64,000 bases of DNA from Anthoceros angustus (taxonomy: Eukaryota; Plantae; Anthocerotophyta). The translations under genes and the position numbers were made by a program. Below, piece after piece: positions 11,909 through 25,250 of this stretch. The notes below the pieces were generated by a model, which worked only from the letters and a program-made list of their open reading frames with translations, ran no database searches and was not told where the DNA came from. Position 1 is the first letter of the stretch, and each line of letters opens with the position of its first letter. The stretch spans positions 188,402 through 252,401 of the forward strand of contig MU008213.1 in assembly GCA_010909165.1 (NCBI GenBank), given 5' to 3'.

Positions 11909-13689
11909 TCTGCACTATGTGAAAAATTGATTGAGAGTACTGGAAATAATGTTGTCAGATCTAGAAGATATGGATGATATTATAAAGAAGGGAGACCAAC
12001 CTTCTAAAGGCTCTTCCCCGACAGAAGTTGTTACCAGATAGGTTGTTACCATACAGGTCTCTTCATATGTAAGTACAAGAAGGGAGTAAAATAGAGATAA
12101 AACTTAATAGTAAGTACACTTAAAAATAAAATAAGTTGGGTTTCCAAGCAATTCTTGGCGTACCCGAGGGAGTTGTTTGGTTTGGACAAGGGGCTGTGCA
12201 AATGTTGGAGTGTGGGCGCCTATCTTCCCTCCGGCCCGACCAACAAGTAATCTTTGATTCCTTGGCGACAGAGCATTTGCGCTGCAAAATCATATCTGCA
12301 TTCTGACATCCGGCTTGAGTGTAACTCTTGGGGTGCTTTGGCGTTCATTTACGCTGACATGGTGAGTCCCAAGAAGATCAAGCCCAGTGATTGTGCCCAC
12401 TTATGCTTACGCAGCAGGACATGGGCAGGCTGCTGGAATGTAATTTCCTCATGGCCCAAAATGATGAGCTAAGCGGCAGTCTTGTGGGCGGCGCGCGTCA
12501 GAGGATCGGTGGAGCATGCGGCGCGAATTAGAAGCGATTTCATTGCGCTGGATTAAGATTACATAAAGAGGCGGCCAGAGGGGTAACGGTTTTGGGGAGA
12601 CGGGAGCGGGGCAGGCGTGGTTCCATGGGGCGCCCGGAGCCTTGCGCCGACGAAGACGACGAGGAAGGAGGAAGAAGGAACGAAGACGAACGAAACGCGC
12701 ATCACGCGGCGATGCCCGCCGTTTACACCTGGTGGGTGATTCTGGATGCCGAGTCTGGCGTCGGCGTCCGCGTCCTGCGCGCCCGCCTCGGGGCCCGCGC
12801 CCGGCGAAACCTCGCATTAAACATTGCAGGCTTAAGATGGTGAAAATCGGGCTTATAATAGCAAGCAAATCGGGGCAGGATCCGGGCAGCTTACAAATAG
12901 CAAAGCATTACCCATTAGCCGCGCATATGATGTGGGATTAGAGAGAGGATGTGGCATGGGATTTACGCTAATGCCCGTCCGTCTTCTTCCGCTTCGCAAA
13001 AGCGGGCTCCTGTCCAGCGTCTTCCGTTGCTGCTGCTGCTGCTGCTGCCTTGACGACGCCACCTCAAGCCTGCTTTCCTGCTTCCCATTCTTCACTGCTA
13101 CCGCTCTCCTGCTTTTGCTTTTGCTGCTGCTGCTAGTCGCGACTCGTTTCTTCCTCGAGAGCTCAAGCGGGCGCTGGAGCAGCAGCCCGCCAGGCCGGCC
13201 ACAGCCCGGTCTTTGTAGCAGCAGCAGCAAAGAAGGCAGGCATCGCCATCCTCTCTCTCTGCTCGACTCTGTCCTTTGCTGCAGGAGCCTCCTTCCTTCC
13301 CTTCTCTGCTTTGCCTCGTCTCGCCTCGCGTCGCCTCGCGTCGCGCTGGCCTCGCCTCTCTCTCCCCCTGCGCATCCCCCGGTGGGATAAATAGAGGCGC
13401 AAAGGCCGGGAACGCCCATTCTATTTCCTGCTGTTCCTTCGCCCGCTGCTGCTGCTGCCTGCCGCTACCGCTGTCTGCTGCTGCTGCTGCTGGGCTCTTC
13501 ATCCTTCGCCTGCCGCGTGCTGCTGCTGCTGCTGCCGCTGCTGCTTCGTGCGGCTGCCTGGGTGCGGGCAAGGATGTTGGGAGGGCTCAGCTGAATCTCG
13601 CGAAGATTTCGGCTGGTGCTGTGTCAGCGTTGCTGCCGCTTGCCGTCGGGGAAGCGTGTTGTTGCCAGACGAGAAGGACGGAAGGATAC

Positions 13690-15219
13690 ATGGAGATTGC
13701 TAGGATGCAGCAGCAGCTGCTGGATTACACTGAGAGCTTGTTTGCCGAGGTGATACTTCCTGGCTTTTCTTCCCGCTCTTCTGGGTCGAAGACTAGGATT
13801 TGCCGGACTCTGCCTGTGGTGGGCTGTGGGCTTGCCTTCCCCAGTATCCTGTTCCCCTTGCTTGTGGCCTTCTCTTCCCTCTGGCTGCGCTTGAATCTAC
13901 TGCGATGGCTGCCCGGGCGCCTGGGTCTGGGAGGGGTGAAGGCGGGATTGTTGGCTGTGGTTGAGGAATTGAGGATGCGCGCTGTCCTGCGAAATTGTCC
14001 GGTGTTTGTCCTTTCAATTCTCCTCTCAGTGTGCTGCATCTGTGCAATTCTCCGGAGCAAGTGCTGCCCCTCAGGGATATCATCCGGGCGTGCTGTTGCA
14101 GAATTCGGTTTTGGTAGTTTGTTGCTACAGGTGTCGGTCCGATGTCGGGGTTGGGAGAACCCGCTCCCCGTGCGCAGCCCGCGGTGTTGTCTAGGGTGCT
14201 TAGGTCTTACCTCGGCTGCATGTCACATTTGCCGGTGTGTCTTGGTTCGTTCAGATCCCTACCCTGGGTGTCGTGCATTGGATGTGTGTGCGCGGAGGAT
14301 GCGAATTTTGAAGTCCTCCTCTCAGCGAGCCTGCCTGTTCTGCAGGGATGGCTTGACGATCAGTTCGCGCAACTTCAGCAATTGCAGGACGCAAGCAATC
14401 CTACCTTTGTGGAAGAGGTAGTTACCTTGTTTTTGGAGGACTCGGAAAGAATTCTTGCGGAATTGGCGGAAACTGTGTAAGTCTTCCAGGCCCACCTGCC
14501 AGCGGAGCTGTCACAACCGTCGTGGATGTAGTCCCTCTTGTGACAGTTGTTCCAAGTCCCTCTTGTGACAGTCCCTGCGTTTTAGAACCGTTGGCTTGCT
14601 TGCTCCTGTGCTTATCTGTTCCAGTGCCCTCTGCAGTGATAGTGAGCCAACTGACTATAAAAGGATCGATGCTCAAGTTCATCAGTTCAAAGGCTCTAGC
14701 TCCAGGTAGAGAGAATTGTGTCGTTTGGGCAGTGACCTTTGCTCTGTGACCTGCCTGCGAGGCTAGCCTGGAAGGTTGGTTATTACGATCCGCTAATGAG
14801 CATTCCGTTCTTGCAGCATCGGTGCACAACGCGTGAAAACCGTCTGTGTGAATTTTCGTGCCTTCTGTGATGATGAAAACCGTGAAGGGTACGTGTGCTA
14901 GACCACAGACTCGGTCAACCTTCTCGCATCTTCTTTGTCTCTGTTATGCAATGCAATCGTTGACGGCTGCTTCTGTTCTTGCCTTGGGCAGATGCATACA
15001 GGCACTGCAGCAATTGAGACGCGAGTTTGCTCTGGTCAGAAACAAGTTAGAGACACTACTCCGGGTAAGTCCTTCCTCCTGTTGTCGTTGATTGTCTTCT
15101 CAAGTCCAACAGGTCTGGAAATATGCAGGCAGCGAGGGAGCCTCTCTCACGCCAGTTGTGTTTTGCAGCTGGAACAAGAAATCCTGAAAGCCGGTGGCAC
15201 CTTGCCGTACAACGTGTAG
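13690..15219 (+). CDS. AHP: Histidine-containing phosphotransfer protein (AHP-type HPt, cytokinin two-component relay), 151 aa, 6 exons
   Basis: join(13690..13749,14346..14476,14637..14705,14817..14888,14992..15064,15169..15219); all introns GT-AG and phase-consistent. Protein: MEIARMQQQLLDYTESLFAE-GWLDDQFAQLQQLQDASNPTFVEEVV...DAQVHQFKGSSSSIGAQRVK...LEQEILKAGG. The phosphoacceptor His in VHQxKGSS is retained. Confidence 0.95.
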
Positions 15220-16326
15220 GGATGGAGCAAGTGGTATCCGCAAGTACACTCCACACTGAAATCGCCTTTCAGCTAGGAGTTTGGTGTGAACTGCGCTGAT
15301 GGGTGTTTTGGGATGCACCTCCATTTTTTTCACAAGTCTGTACAGTCTCTCTTTGGACATGACCGATGGATCCTCAAAATGGTGAGAACGACGACACACA
15401 ACGACCCACTTGGAGATGCAGCTTCAGTATTAGGCAGGCCAAGCGAGGACCTTCTGCGGACTGTCATGCCGTGGCATGGTAGCCAGCAAAACGTGTGGAC
15501 CTCGCACATAATTATATTCTCTTTGCTCGTGACATTTTGATGCATCGTGAGAATGTTTTACAGTATCTTACTTTTTCCCCTGACGTGCGCTGTGGCATCT
15601 AAGTCTATGCTGCTGGTGTGTAGCGAGAAATAGTGAGCAAGAACTCGCATGCCATTGTAGACCAGGGGAACAGCTCAGTGTAGCATGAAAGTAACCATGA
15701 TTTTCTCGTGGTTTTGTTGGATCGTCAGTGTATACATGAATGGATGTTGACTGTGCCCAATGATGGATGAGAAGGGAAAGAGTGTCCCTTAATACAAGGG
15801 CAGTCCACGACTAAGAAGTTGAAAACGTCACGGCTTCCTGTATGGCTTGCCGAAATGTCTTGCTGTCCAATATCCCCACTGAAGTCTTCAGACAGCAATG
15901 CTACCTGTCACGTCTACAAACTGTGCCATCATACTGTGATGCAACCTACCAGGAACCACCCAAATCCTGTCTGTTACGCTCCACTCCCCTGCAGTATCGA
16001 CTCTCACGCGTTCCGAGCATCAGGTCCGAAAATGTAGAGGATCAATTCGTCACACTTTTGTTCAGTGTCGAGGTGGTTTTGCCACAGTCCACGACGGGTT
16101 CGCACCGAAGGACATGATCAGTAGCTTGAGACCTGACTTGGTACAATAAATTCTTTGATCAAGCAAGGAGGGAAACAGGTGGAGACATTGCGCCAAAAAA
16201 TGGAAGATGCTGCCTAACTTTCATCTCTCTAGGTGCTAAGAGAACGCAGAGTGATCCGTGAAGAGCGTGAATATTCTAGCTCTTCGCTGAGGAGCTGGTT
16301 CAGAAAGGAGAGCTGCGTGTTGGCAT

Positions 16327-18185
16327 TCACTTCTTCTTCTTAGACTTCAGCTTGGTCGCAATAGCCTTGGTCGCCTTGTTTGCAGTGAAGGCCGTACCCT
16401 GATCCAAATTTGAAGTAAACATTCAGTCGAGTCCAGGAATTCAGAAATCTGAGACCAGACACAGGAAGCAGCACTTGGGAATACCTCTAACCACTCGTTG
16501 ATCGCACCATCTGCTGGAATGGTGCGAGTACCTGTCTCCGATTTCTTTGGCCTTCTTGACTTCTGCAGGTAAGCAGACAAGTGAATACGGTGAGCAAACA
16601 AATGACTGTGGAGCAGCGCCTATCACCCACAGCTGAGTATCAAAAGTGCCAAAGGATGCTGCCCCATCGACAAAAAGCATAAACAAAGTACCCACAGTTT
16701 CACGTACGAGAAAGCGAAAGTAAAGATTGAGAACACAGATTTCAAGAGACCGCACCTTCGAGAGTTTTTGAACTTGGCCATAGACCCACATTCCAAGCAG
16801 ACCTAGTAAACCGAGCCCTAGAGTAGACAGGAATAGGGACTCCCCGCTAAAAACACTGCTAGCTTCTGTTACATCCACAGTCCCATTGAAGAAGACGTGC
16901 TTGTGAATCTGCTCCCCCACATAATAGTAAACATGCCCAACGAGTGCAAAACTGCCAGCCTGAACAGTCCAGCACCAAAGAAACGGGAGTGGTCAACTCC
17001 TCCGAAAAAAATGACCACAGCAGAACAAACAAACTCGAAGAGTTACAATTCTCACTTGCAGGAACTTGCTAACGGTGAAGGAGTAATGAAACGAGGCCTG
17101 AACACCGTGCGGGACAGCAGCATCTTGAAGTTCCTGAAGTCACATCCAGAGTAAACGTAACATCCAGGATGCAAGGGCAAGCAGGGCAGGCACTTAATCT
17201 AACCTTCAGGCACCTATACCAGGTCAAAAGCAGTAAAGGTAGCGGCATCCAGGCATACCTGTGCTGTGAAGTTCTGAATGAAGTATTTATGATCGTAAGG
17301 CGGGAGCAAACTTGCTTGGATAAATGACACCTTCAAATCATCGTCACCTACAAGCCACCATAAGGAGTGTCAGTGCCAGCCATGGTCGTTGAGTCTTCCC
17401 TAAGACCCACCAACAAGTATCCCCCTCACCAAGTACATGGAAACTACGTCACTGCATTGACTAGACCAATGCGATCCGAATGGCAGGCGGGTTGGTCAGC
17501 TGGCGTCACGAGAAAACTACATGGAAACAGAACAATCATCGGCAGAACATACCAAGGTTAGTGATTCCGACGATAATCTCTGCGGGTTCTCCTGCTGTAA
17601 TTGCTGCCAACGATCAGCACACACAACAGTCAGGGGCCTGAAAATCTACAACAAACTGTTCTCGCAGGAATTTCAACCACAAGCAATACTCCTGCCTCAA
17701 ACGAAAAGCCCTAGCAGATCTCGAACCCCATGCGTGCATAGATCAGTGGCAATTCAGAAGCCCAGCAGCAACTTAAAGAGTAGCTCACATCCGTCGGGCT
17801 TCTTGGGCCAAAAGACCGCGGTTTCGACACCGGAAGCTGGTCCGATATCCTCCACAACGCTGCCCTCACTGACGAGGCCCGTTTCCTCTACGGTAGCATA
17901 GGACTCATCCTCAGCTGCATCCCCGCTTGCTTGAGCGTACGCACCTGCGAATCGCCACAATTAGCATCAAGACATGAAAGTCGCAAGGCGAATCTGTCAA
18001 TCAGACGCCTGCAGACGTAGATCTGGTCCTTCCAGCACATCGTAGACTGTCTCAACGACGGCCCAAGCCACAACAGCAGAGCGCATGACCGTACCAGCGC
18101 GGGAAGAGAGGGCGAGCAGCAGCAGCAGCAGAGGCAGTAACAAGGGCAGCAGTGCCTTCCACGGCCGCTGAATTCTGGACGCCAT
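16327..18185 (-). CDS. SSR1: Translocon-associated protein subunit alpha (TRAP-alpha/SSR1), 272 aa, 8 exons
   Basis: complement(join(16327..16398,16485..16562,16756..16959,17056..17133,17259..17347,17553..17603,17789..17944,18095..18185)). It has a signal peptide [15 protein letters not shown], an acidic N-terminus, PASGVETAVFWPK, HKYFIQNFTAQ, VFFNGTVDVTE, a TM helix SGESLFLSTLGLGLLGLLGMWVY, EWLEGTAF and C-terminal KSKKKK. Confidence 0.93.
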
Positions 18186-18605
18186 CGCTGCCGCCGAGCT
18201 GGACTGGCAAAAGGAACCCTGATGCTTGGCCCCCTTTTCAGAGCCTGATTCAGCAAGTGCTGCAGAATGCTTGTCAAACCCCAGCCTCGGGTGGTCCGGG
18301 GCACTGGCAGGTTAATTGCCCCACCAGAGTCCGCTGTTTACGTAGGTAATAACGGGACCGTATTGACCTGAACTGATACACATATGGTCAGGTAGCCAGT
18401 TATCGGTATATTTAATGATTTATATGTCCTCGCTGAAGTATGAAGTGACTTGCTAAAAATTTCTCCTCTCGGTTTTTTATCTGTTTTAAATATATTCAAT
18501 TTATTTTATTTTAAAATATAAAATTATAAAAGATGAAAGAGATCAAAGAGATCAAAGATAAGAGCTTCATAGCACAAGTAACAAGATACAAGAGGCACTA
18601 GTATA

Positions 18606-18702
18606 GATCAAACATACGTAAACGATTACAATTACATGATCAAACTTATGTAGATGATTACGATTACATGATCAAACTTACGTAGACGATTACAATTACA
18701 TG
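18606..18702. repeat. 32-bp tandem repeat x3
   Basis: GATCAAAC(A/T)TA(C/T)GTA... starts at 18606, 18638 and 18670. Confidence 0.9.
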
Positions 18703-20150
18703 GGGCAGTCTCATGCGGAAGAACTCTCTCACAGGAGATCAAACACATCTTGTTCTGTTATTCATTGCAATCTAATTAGATACTTATCTAGGAATCTGAA
18801 GATATTTTCATTCTTCGCAAGTATAGGATCTAGTTGTAGTCCAGCTTATGAGTGAACAAGACTAATGGAAGCCATGTGCTTCATGACAACTTCGTGAATC
18901 CCTTGTTTTTGCTCCCCCACCTTGTTTCTCATGTGTGGGGTTGGGCTGTAAATCTTTGTTTATAAAGCCTAGAAATTTTTTCCTAAAAATGACTTTGCGA
19001 TACAAGTATAGCGTGACAAAGACCATTCCGGTCAAATTAAGAAGGAGCAACTAACCTCCATGTCTAAAGTCACCCATAGCCCCTGCGATATAATAACTAA
19101 GAAGATAAATGGCCTTTGTTATGATCGAAAATGTGATTTATACAAACTAGGTGCTAATATAGAACTACTATGTCGTACCTGGCTATCAACTTTAATTGGC
19201 CAAAGTTGTATTTCACTACATCTATATAACACCCTCTGAGTCATAAGACTAGTCACGAACTAGTCACGATTGTTCTGTTATCTAACTACACTATTCCATT
19301 ATTTGGTCTCGAACCAAAAGAACTTCGTCTCGGTACTAAAAACTATCGCTAGAAACTGCCTAGCCCTTGTGGCCCCCAACCCTTCATAGGATTTCCTAGC
19401 CCCCACATACACCATATCTAGTCCTTGCATACACCACTTAAGCCTGGCACCCATATACCTCACCTAGGAGGCTGGTACTTGGATTTGTAGCCGAGAGCCC
19501 CACCCCCTCCCCCCCAAAAAAACCTAGGAGGCTGGTACTTGGGCTGGTCCCCCCCTCCGCCCCCCCAAAAATATCATTCTGATCATTGACAATGAGTTTT
19601 CAAGCTCCGCCATGCCCACTAAGTAATGAAAGAAAATTTTCTTATGCTCGTAGCGCTAGATTTAAACATGTTAGAGATAAATCATAAATATATTTTCTTC
19701 AGCCGCGCTAGATTTAAACATGTTAGATAAACCATACCCATCAGCCGCTAGACTCAGAGAATGTTTGCATAGACTAGATCTGACCTATCCTTGGAATGGA
19801 AAAGGACTAGATACTCTGTTGCGGGAGCCACCTATAGAAGTTGAAGTTGAGCAAATAGTGATGACGGCAAAAGGAGCGTATAGATGTATATAGATATTTA
19901 AGATGTATATCGAGCGTACTAACACAAGCCTAGAGAAGAAGAAGAAGAATTTTATTTAAGTCCACTAAGGACGGATTTTCGTCATGGGACTTGGTACTTA
20001 ACAACTTGTACCATTGTGTGCCTAAGCTACTTGCACCAAGGGCATCCACTCCCTTTAGGCACCCCATCTAAGTACCGATCTAAGCTCAAGATGCTTAATT
20101 ACGGCGTTCTTATAACTGTGTGTCCATCTGGCCTAAGCCATTTGGCCATG

Positions 20151-20517
20151 CCTAGAGAGCAAGAGGAAAGCCCCTCTCCCCACAAAAACACAAGCCTAGA
20201 GAACAGGAGGAAAGCATATAGAGCGTACTAGCACATGCCTAGAGAGCAGGAGGAAAGCCCCCCTCCCCACAAAAACACAAGCCTAGAGAACAGGAGGAAA
20301 GCCCCCCTCCCCACAAACCTGTATATAGATGTTTAAGATGTATATAGAGCATATTAACACAACCCTAGAGAACAAGAGGAAAGCCCCCCCTCCATGTATA
20401 TAGAGCATATTAACACAACCCTAGAGAACAAGAGGAAAGCCCCCCCTCCATGTATATAGAGCATATTAACACAACCCTAGAGAACAAGAGGAAAGCCCCC
20501 CCTCCCCACAAACCTGC
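20151..20517. repeat. Modular minisatellite (core CCTAGAGARCARGAGGAAAGC), including three near-identical 56-bp units
   Basis: The core recurs about 7 times. TATATAGAGC anchors are at 20341, 20397 and 20453, and a related unit lies near 19900-19950. Confidence 0.88.
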
Positions 20518-21735
20518 ATACTCGACATAAACTTCTTGGCACTTTAGCAATGACATGATTTATCTATTTCAATTTCAATAAACTACATTATCTCCAGATC
20601 AAATAAAGTTTAAAAAAATTAATTTTATATTAAATATAAACATGATCATAAAAAATAATAGGATCAATTTGAACTCTAGTTTGTGTCCCTTCCTCTTCAA
20701 CCATGCTTGCCAGCAAGAATCGTCATAGTAAGAACTCTATCATCGCGAACCACTTCTGAAAGACCGATTGAAAGACCTCTCACTACCTAGTACCCTCGTT
20801 GGGCATTTCAAGATATATCCTCCTCGCAAAGGCACAACTGGAAACACTACCTATTGACCTCACCCCTTTGTCCCCCAATTCTCCCAAGGAACATTGGGAC
20901 CTGATACACAGGTTCACAATTAAATCAGGCTGTCGGAGCTAGGCGGAAGACATGGGCTCAAGCACTATATTTGAGCCATCTTTCCGACACAATGAGAAAT
21001 GCCTGTACCTGAAGTATGATAATGTAGGGGTTAAAGTAACTTAATCCCCAATACCTAGCAAGAAATCACTGCTACAATCAAGAAGAAACAATAATAGTAG
21101 TCAAATCAATCCATCAAACGAATATAAATCTTTCAGACGAATATGAATCTTTCTTACAAAGCCAGAGAGCGCCCCCACATGAAGATACCCACAGTAACTC
21201 CTTGTTCTTGCCGACCACACAGTTCCGTCACCCTTCCGTTTGAAACTTCTCCCCTCCCTTCACACCGTGGCTGCGATACCCCCGGGGCCTTCTCGTACAT
21301 AGTGCATGCGGCAAAAAATTCTTGCTTGTGGCAATTTTGCGCTGCAAGAAATGAATAGCTATCCCTAATCTCCATCCTGGCTCCTTCAAGCATCAAACCT
21401 CCTAAATGTACAAAATGTTCTTAGACCCCTGACCATCCACGAATCAGGGAGACTCATAGAAGCAACGAGTCAAGTGTGTATCTCCTCCACCCGTCATCCT
21501 CAGAAGTCATGTCGGAAAGCCTTCAGGGCCCTCCAGCCTAATAGCGAGCAGTAACATCCCTGCCCTGTTGAAATGGCCCTTCGCAACAACATACAACCCA
21601 ACTTGAAACATAAAAGCCAGGGGAAAAAATCACAAAGAATAGATAGTGGTAACCCCTCCAACAACCACACCGCATCTGACTGAGAGTCAAACATACGTAA
21701 GAGGTCACACATAAATCAGATAACTTGGTCAGGCA

Positions 21736-24644
21736 TCAAGGTAACGTGGCCGGCACTGCAACCTCCGCAGAATTACCCCTTGCCAACTGCTGCCGGAGAA
21801 CGCTTTTACTTCTTGTGAGCTCTTTCCTCCTCTTCCTTGCAGCTGCTGCTGCCGCGGCTGCTCCGGCAGCTTTAGCTGATGTTATTCCAGGCATCACTTG
21901 CTGATGTGAACTGTCGAAGAAAAACTGAGGACCATGTGAGGAGCCCCCTATGCCCATGGCTTTCCCGGCCACCTGAGGCCTTACCAGGCCACCAGCCCTA
22001 TTACCATGGTGTCCAGGTGCAAACGCAAATGGTAAAGTAGTGCCCATCGCACTAGTTTGACCGCCTCCTACTCCATCATATCCAGGCGGCATAGTCATAC
22101 CGGGTAATCCCACAGGAAATGCCGAAGTAGGCAGTGAAGGGAACCCCATGAAGGAAGGATGGTCACTGGCTTTCCCTTGGAAGTCGGAAGACCTTGTCGC
22201 AACGTCTCTGCCCTCAAGTTGGGGCAAAAGTGAAGGCCCGCAGACCTTCCCTGGAGCTGCACCATCCGGATGCCCTCTCTCCAATCCAGCTGCAGCTGAT
22301 GATACATTATCACCTGACTTCATGGACCTTACTTGCATGGGCTGGCCAGCGGCCAGCATGGGTAAGGGTGCCTGTTGATCAGGAGGTCCAGAAACCGCAG
22401 GATATTCAGGAGCCCTAGACGTTGGCACCGGTGCAGAAGCTGCCGCTGAAAGGACATGAGGATGCACCATATTTTTCACAGCTTCCTGCGCCATAACTGC
22501 CGCAAAAGCGCTCCACAGATATGGATTCATGGGAGGTGGGAACATCGGCGGGAACTGGAAATGGGTGATGCAGTTCGGTGGCATTGGCATGCGGACAGCA
22601 TCTGGTGTAGCTAGAATCGGGTCGTTGTTCCCTGTGCGGACAGCAAGCTGCAAGCCAAGGCACGGCAGTTCTGGTTAGATTAAAGACCAAGCACCTTCAC
22701 TCTCAGCAGATAAAAGGGCCAACGACTGAGACTCACATCCTCTTTCAATCGGCGATTGAGATCACAGAGCTGCTGTAGCTCTTTGAGCTTATACTGGTAC
22801 TCCTGCAACCCAAAGGAGCGCAGAAATGATTAAAACATGAATAGACAGATCCAGGTTTCGAAATTGATACTAACTTCTAAGAGTGCATGTCAAACCTGAT
22901 TCAGGCCATCCTGCTCACTTGCCAGCCTTGCAGCTTTCAGTGCCAGCTCTTCACAGTGAAGCTTCAGATCCAAAAAGAACAAGAAGAATACTATGAGTAC
23001 CCTCAGATAGATACACTGCCGGATAGGGCGAAATATGTCACGAACAGCCAACACGATGCATCCAATCAGACAATGTGATACAGGGACAAAAGGTTCATGA
23101 CACATCCCACTCTGCAGGGAAATATATCTCATGACGTCCAGCCAGATGAAGGTGCTGAATAGTCAACATCAACAGCAAACAGCTAGAATACCTGTTTTCT
23201 CCTAATGGTTTGCCTGGCTGACTCACGATTAGCTTGCACTCGTCTCAGCCTCCTTGACTCTCTCTCAGTCTGCAGCCAAGACCAACAACGGGAGATTCAG
23301 GGAAAGAGAAGTACCGTCGCCATGCACCGAGTGTATGGGCATATACCATGAGGGTCAGACGTCAGCAAAATCTAAGAATCAAGAAGAGTTTCTACCTCAC
23401 TGATGACAGGCTTTGACTTGCCCCCACTTCGCTGCCCCGGCTTTTGGTGGCCTGAGACCTTGATTAGGGCCAGCTCATTTTTAGTCTCGTCCTTAACACA
23501 GACAAGAGCCAAGTGTGGCTGTTCAGACCAGTTCACTTCTTGCTCAGTCGCTCGCACGCCGAGATCCCTGAGGCTTGCAGCAGAGACAGTCTCGGAGCTC
23601 GAACCCTCTAGTTTGACAGCGACAGCTGTGACTGGACGCCTGGAAGGCTTGGACTTGCCCTTCCCTACTTGTTTGACTGATCCATCGTGAGGCTTATCAT
23701 CAACAAGCTCGTTCACCTTATCCTCAACCTAATGCACAACAAACAGCATATAGCATCATCAAGGATGTCGAAGGAGGAAGGATCTTGATTCAGAAAGCTA
23801 CGCCTAATTATGATGCGATTACGGGAACCAGGCGCGGGGACCGAATCCACAATAGCGCAGCAATAGCGAGAGGAATCCGGATGAGACACGTTACCTTGGG
23901 CTTTCTCGAGGTTGGGAGCTTCTTGATTGGACGCATAGGCCGCTGGAGAGACGGTGCAGGTACTTCAATACTCTCTAGCTTGGCAAGAATGGTGATGCAG
24001 GCGTCACTGGGAAGGGGAGGCAGAGGAGAGCTAGGGCTCTGAGCGCGAGAATCCGGAATCGCGAAATCCGTGCTAGAGTCGGAGGAGTTGAAACGCAAGA
24101 CCGAGGGGGACTTGTGTTGTCTCTCATTGTCGCTCTGGCAGCCATCTTCACACTTGGCCGGGGCAGCTGAAGCCGGCTTCCCTTGCTGAGAAGAGGTTGG
24201 AGGAGTCGGCGCATCTCCGCTGGTACCCGTGCTTTCCGTTTTCCTTCGCCTTTCAGATCTCTTCCCTTTACAAAGCCAGACCAAGGGCGGGTCAAGCACC
24301 GTAGCAGCACGAGCCTTGGACTTGGCGGGGGAAGCAGGGGCCCCGAAATTCATGGCCCCCATCCCCATGAGCGCTCTGACGGCATCCATCTCCGACGCAT
24401 CATCCTCATCATCCGCCGCTCTCTTCCTCTTTGCTGCCCTCTTCCTCCCTGCAGCTGGCACCCTGGCCGCGGGGACAGCACTCTCAGCTGCACGCCGCGG
24501 CTTCTTGGCTTCCTTCTTCGCGGGAGCAAGTTGTTTCAACCTCTTGGAAACACGCACAGCCTGCTGTACGCCCCCATTGCTACTAGTCGAAACCTGGCCA
24601 TCTTCAGGCGCTGCTGTGACCGGGGCCTTCTCATTCTCCTCCAT
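21736..24644 (-). CDS. Group-J bZIP transcription factor (AtbZIP62-like), about 734 aa, 6 coding exons
   Basis: complement(join(21736..22647,22737..22802,22896..22961,23192..23269,23396..23728,23895..24644)). The basic region is TERESRRLRRVQANRESARQTIRRKQ and the zipper LHCEELALKAARLASEQDGLNQEYQYKLKELQQL. Family motifs: SEMDAVRAL, WLCKGKRSERRRKTES and C-terminal AAAARKRRKELTRSK. The acceptor just upstream of the ATG implies a 5'UTR intron. Confidence 0.9.
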
Positions 24645-25250
24645 CTTAGACTGCACAACAAGGCGGCGGCCATGGTCAAGCCACGCGGGATACTAATCCT
24701 AGGTCACTCCATCACACCACCACACGACAAAAGCAGCAGCAGCCTGTGCATTACCGAAAGCTCCCTACTCCACCAAAGAAGCACACATACGTACTTACCT
24801 TATCCAACAACCCCCGCCGCCGACACTAGACAACAAGACTCCCATCCCATCCCATCCCCGGCCCTATCAGGCCATCCAGAAGCCACGAAGCAGACAAGCA
24901 TCCAACACCCCTGCCTAGCTCACAGCACCGCATTCAACACCAAAGCACCTCTTCTTGCGTCCAAAACCACGACGTACTAACCCCGAGCTACGCCAGCACG
25001 CAATGCTGGCACACAGGCCGGCCAAGCTGACACGAGTCTGTGCCAAGCGCAGGGGGACACAAACCTCATCCAGGTCACGCTCCACGTACCAGAGGTTTTC
25101 CTTCGCCGAGCACCGGACGTCCTTGCCACCAAATTCCGACTCACACCATCCGCCTCATGCAAGAGCGCATTCCAGTCCTGCGCCAGACTCGAATCCGCGC
25201 CACCTGCCTCCCCGATCTGCAGCCACTGCGCTGCTCGCAATCCAGCAATC

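Noticed and set aside
13276-14421. 381-aa plus-strand ORF
   Set aside because: Read-through of the CT/CTG-rich 5'UTR, HPt exon 1 and intron 1; only MEIARMQQQLLDYTESLFAE is real coding.
20700-21050. Possible Helitron helicase fragment (DRVLTMTILAGKHG)
   Set aside because: A single weak motif amid stops; insufficient evidence.
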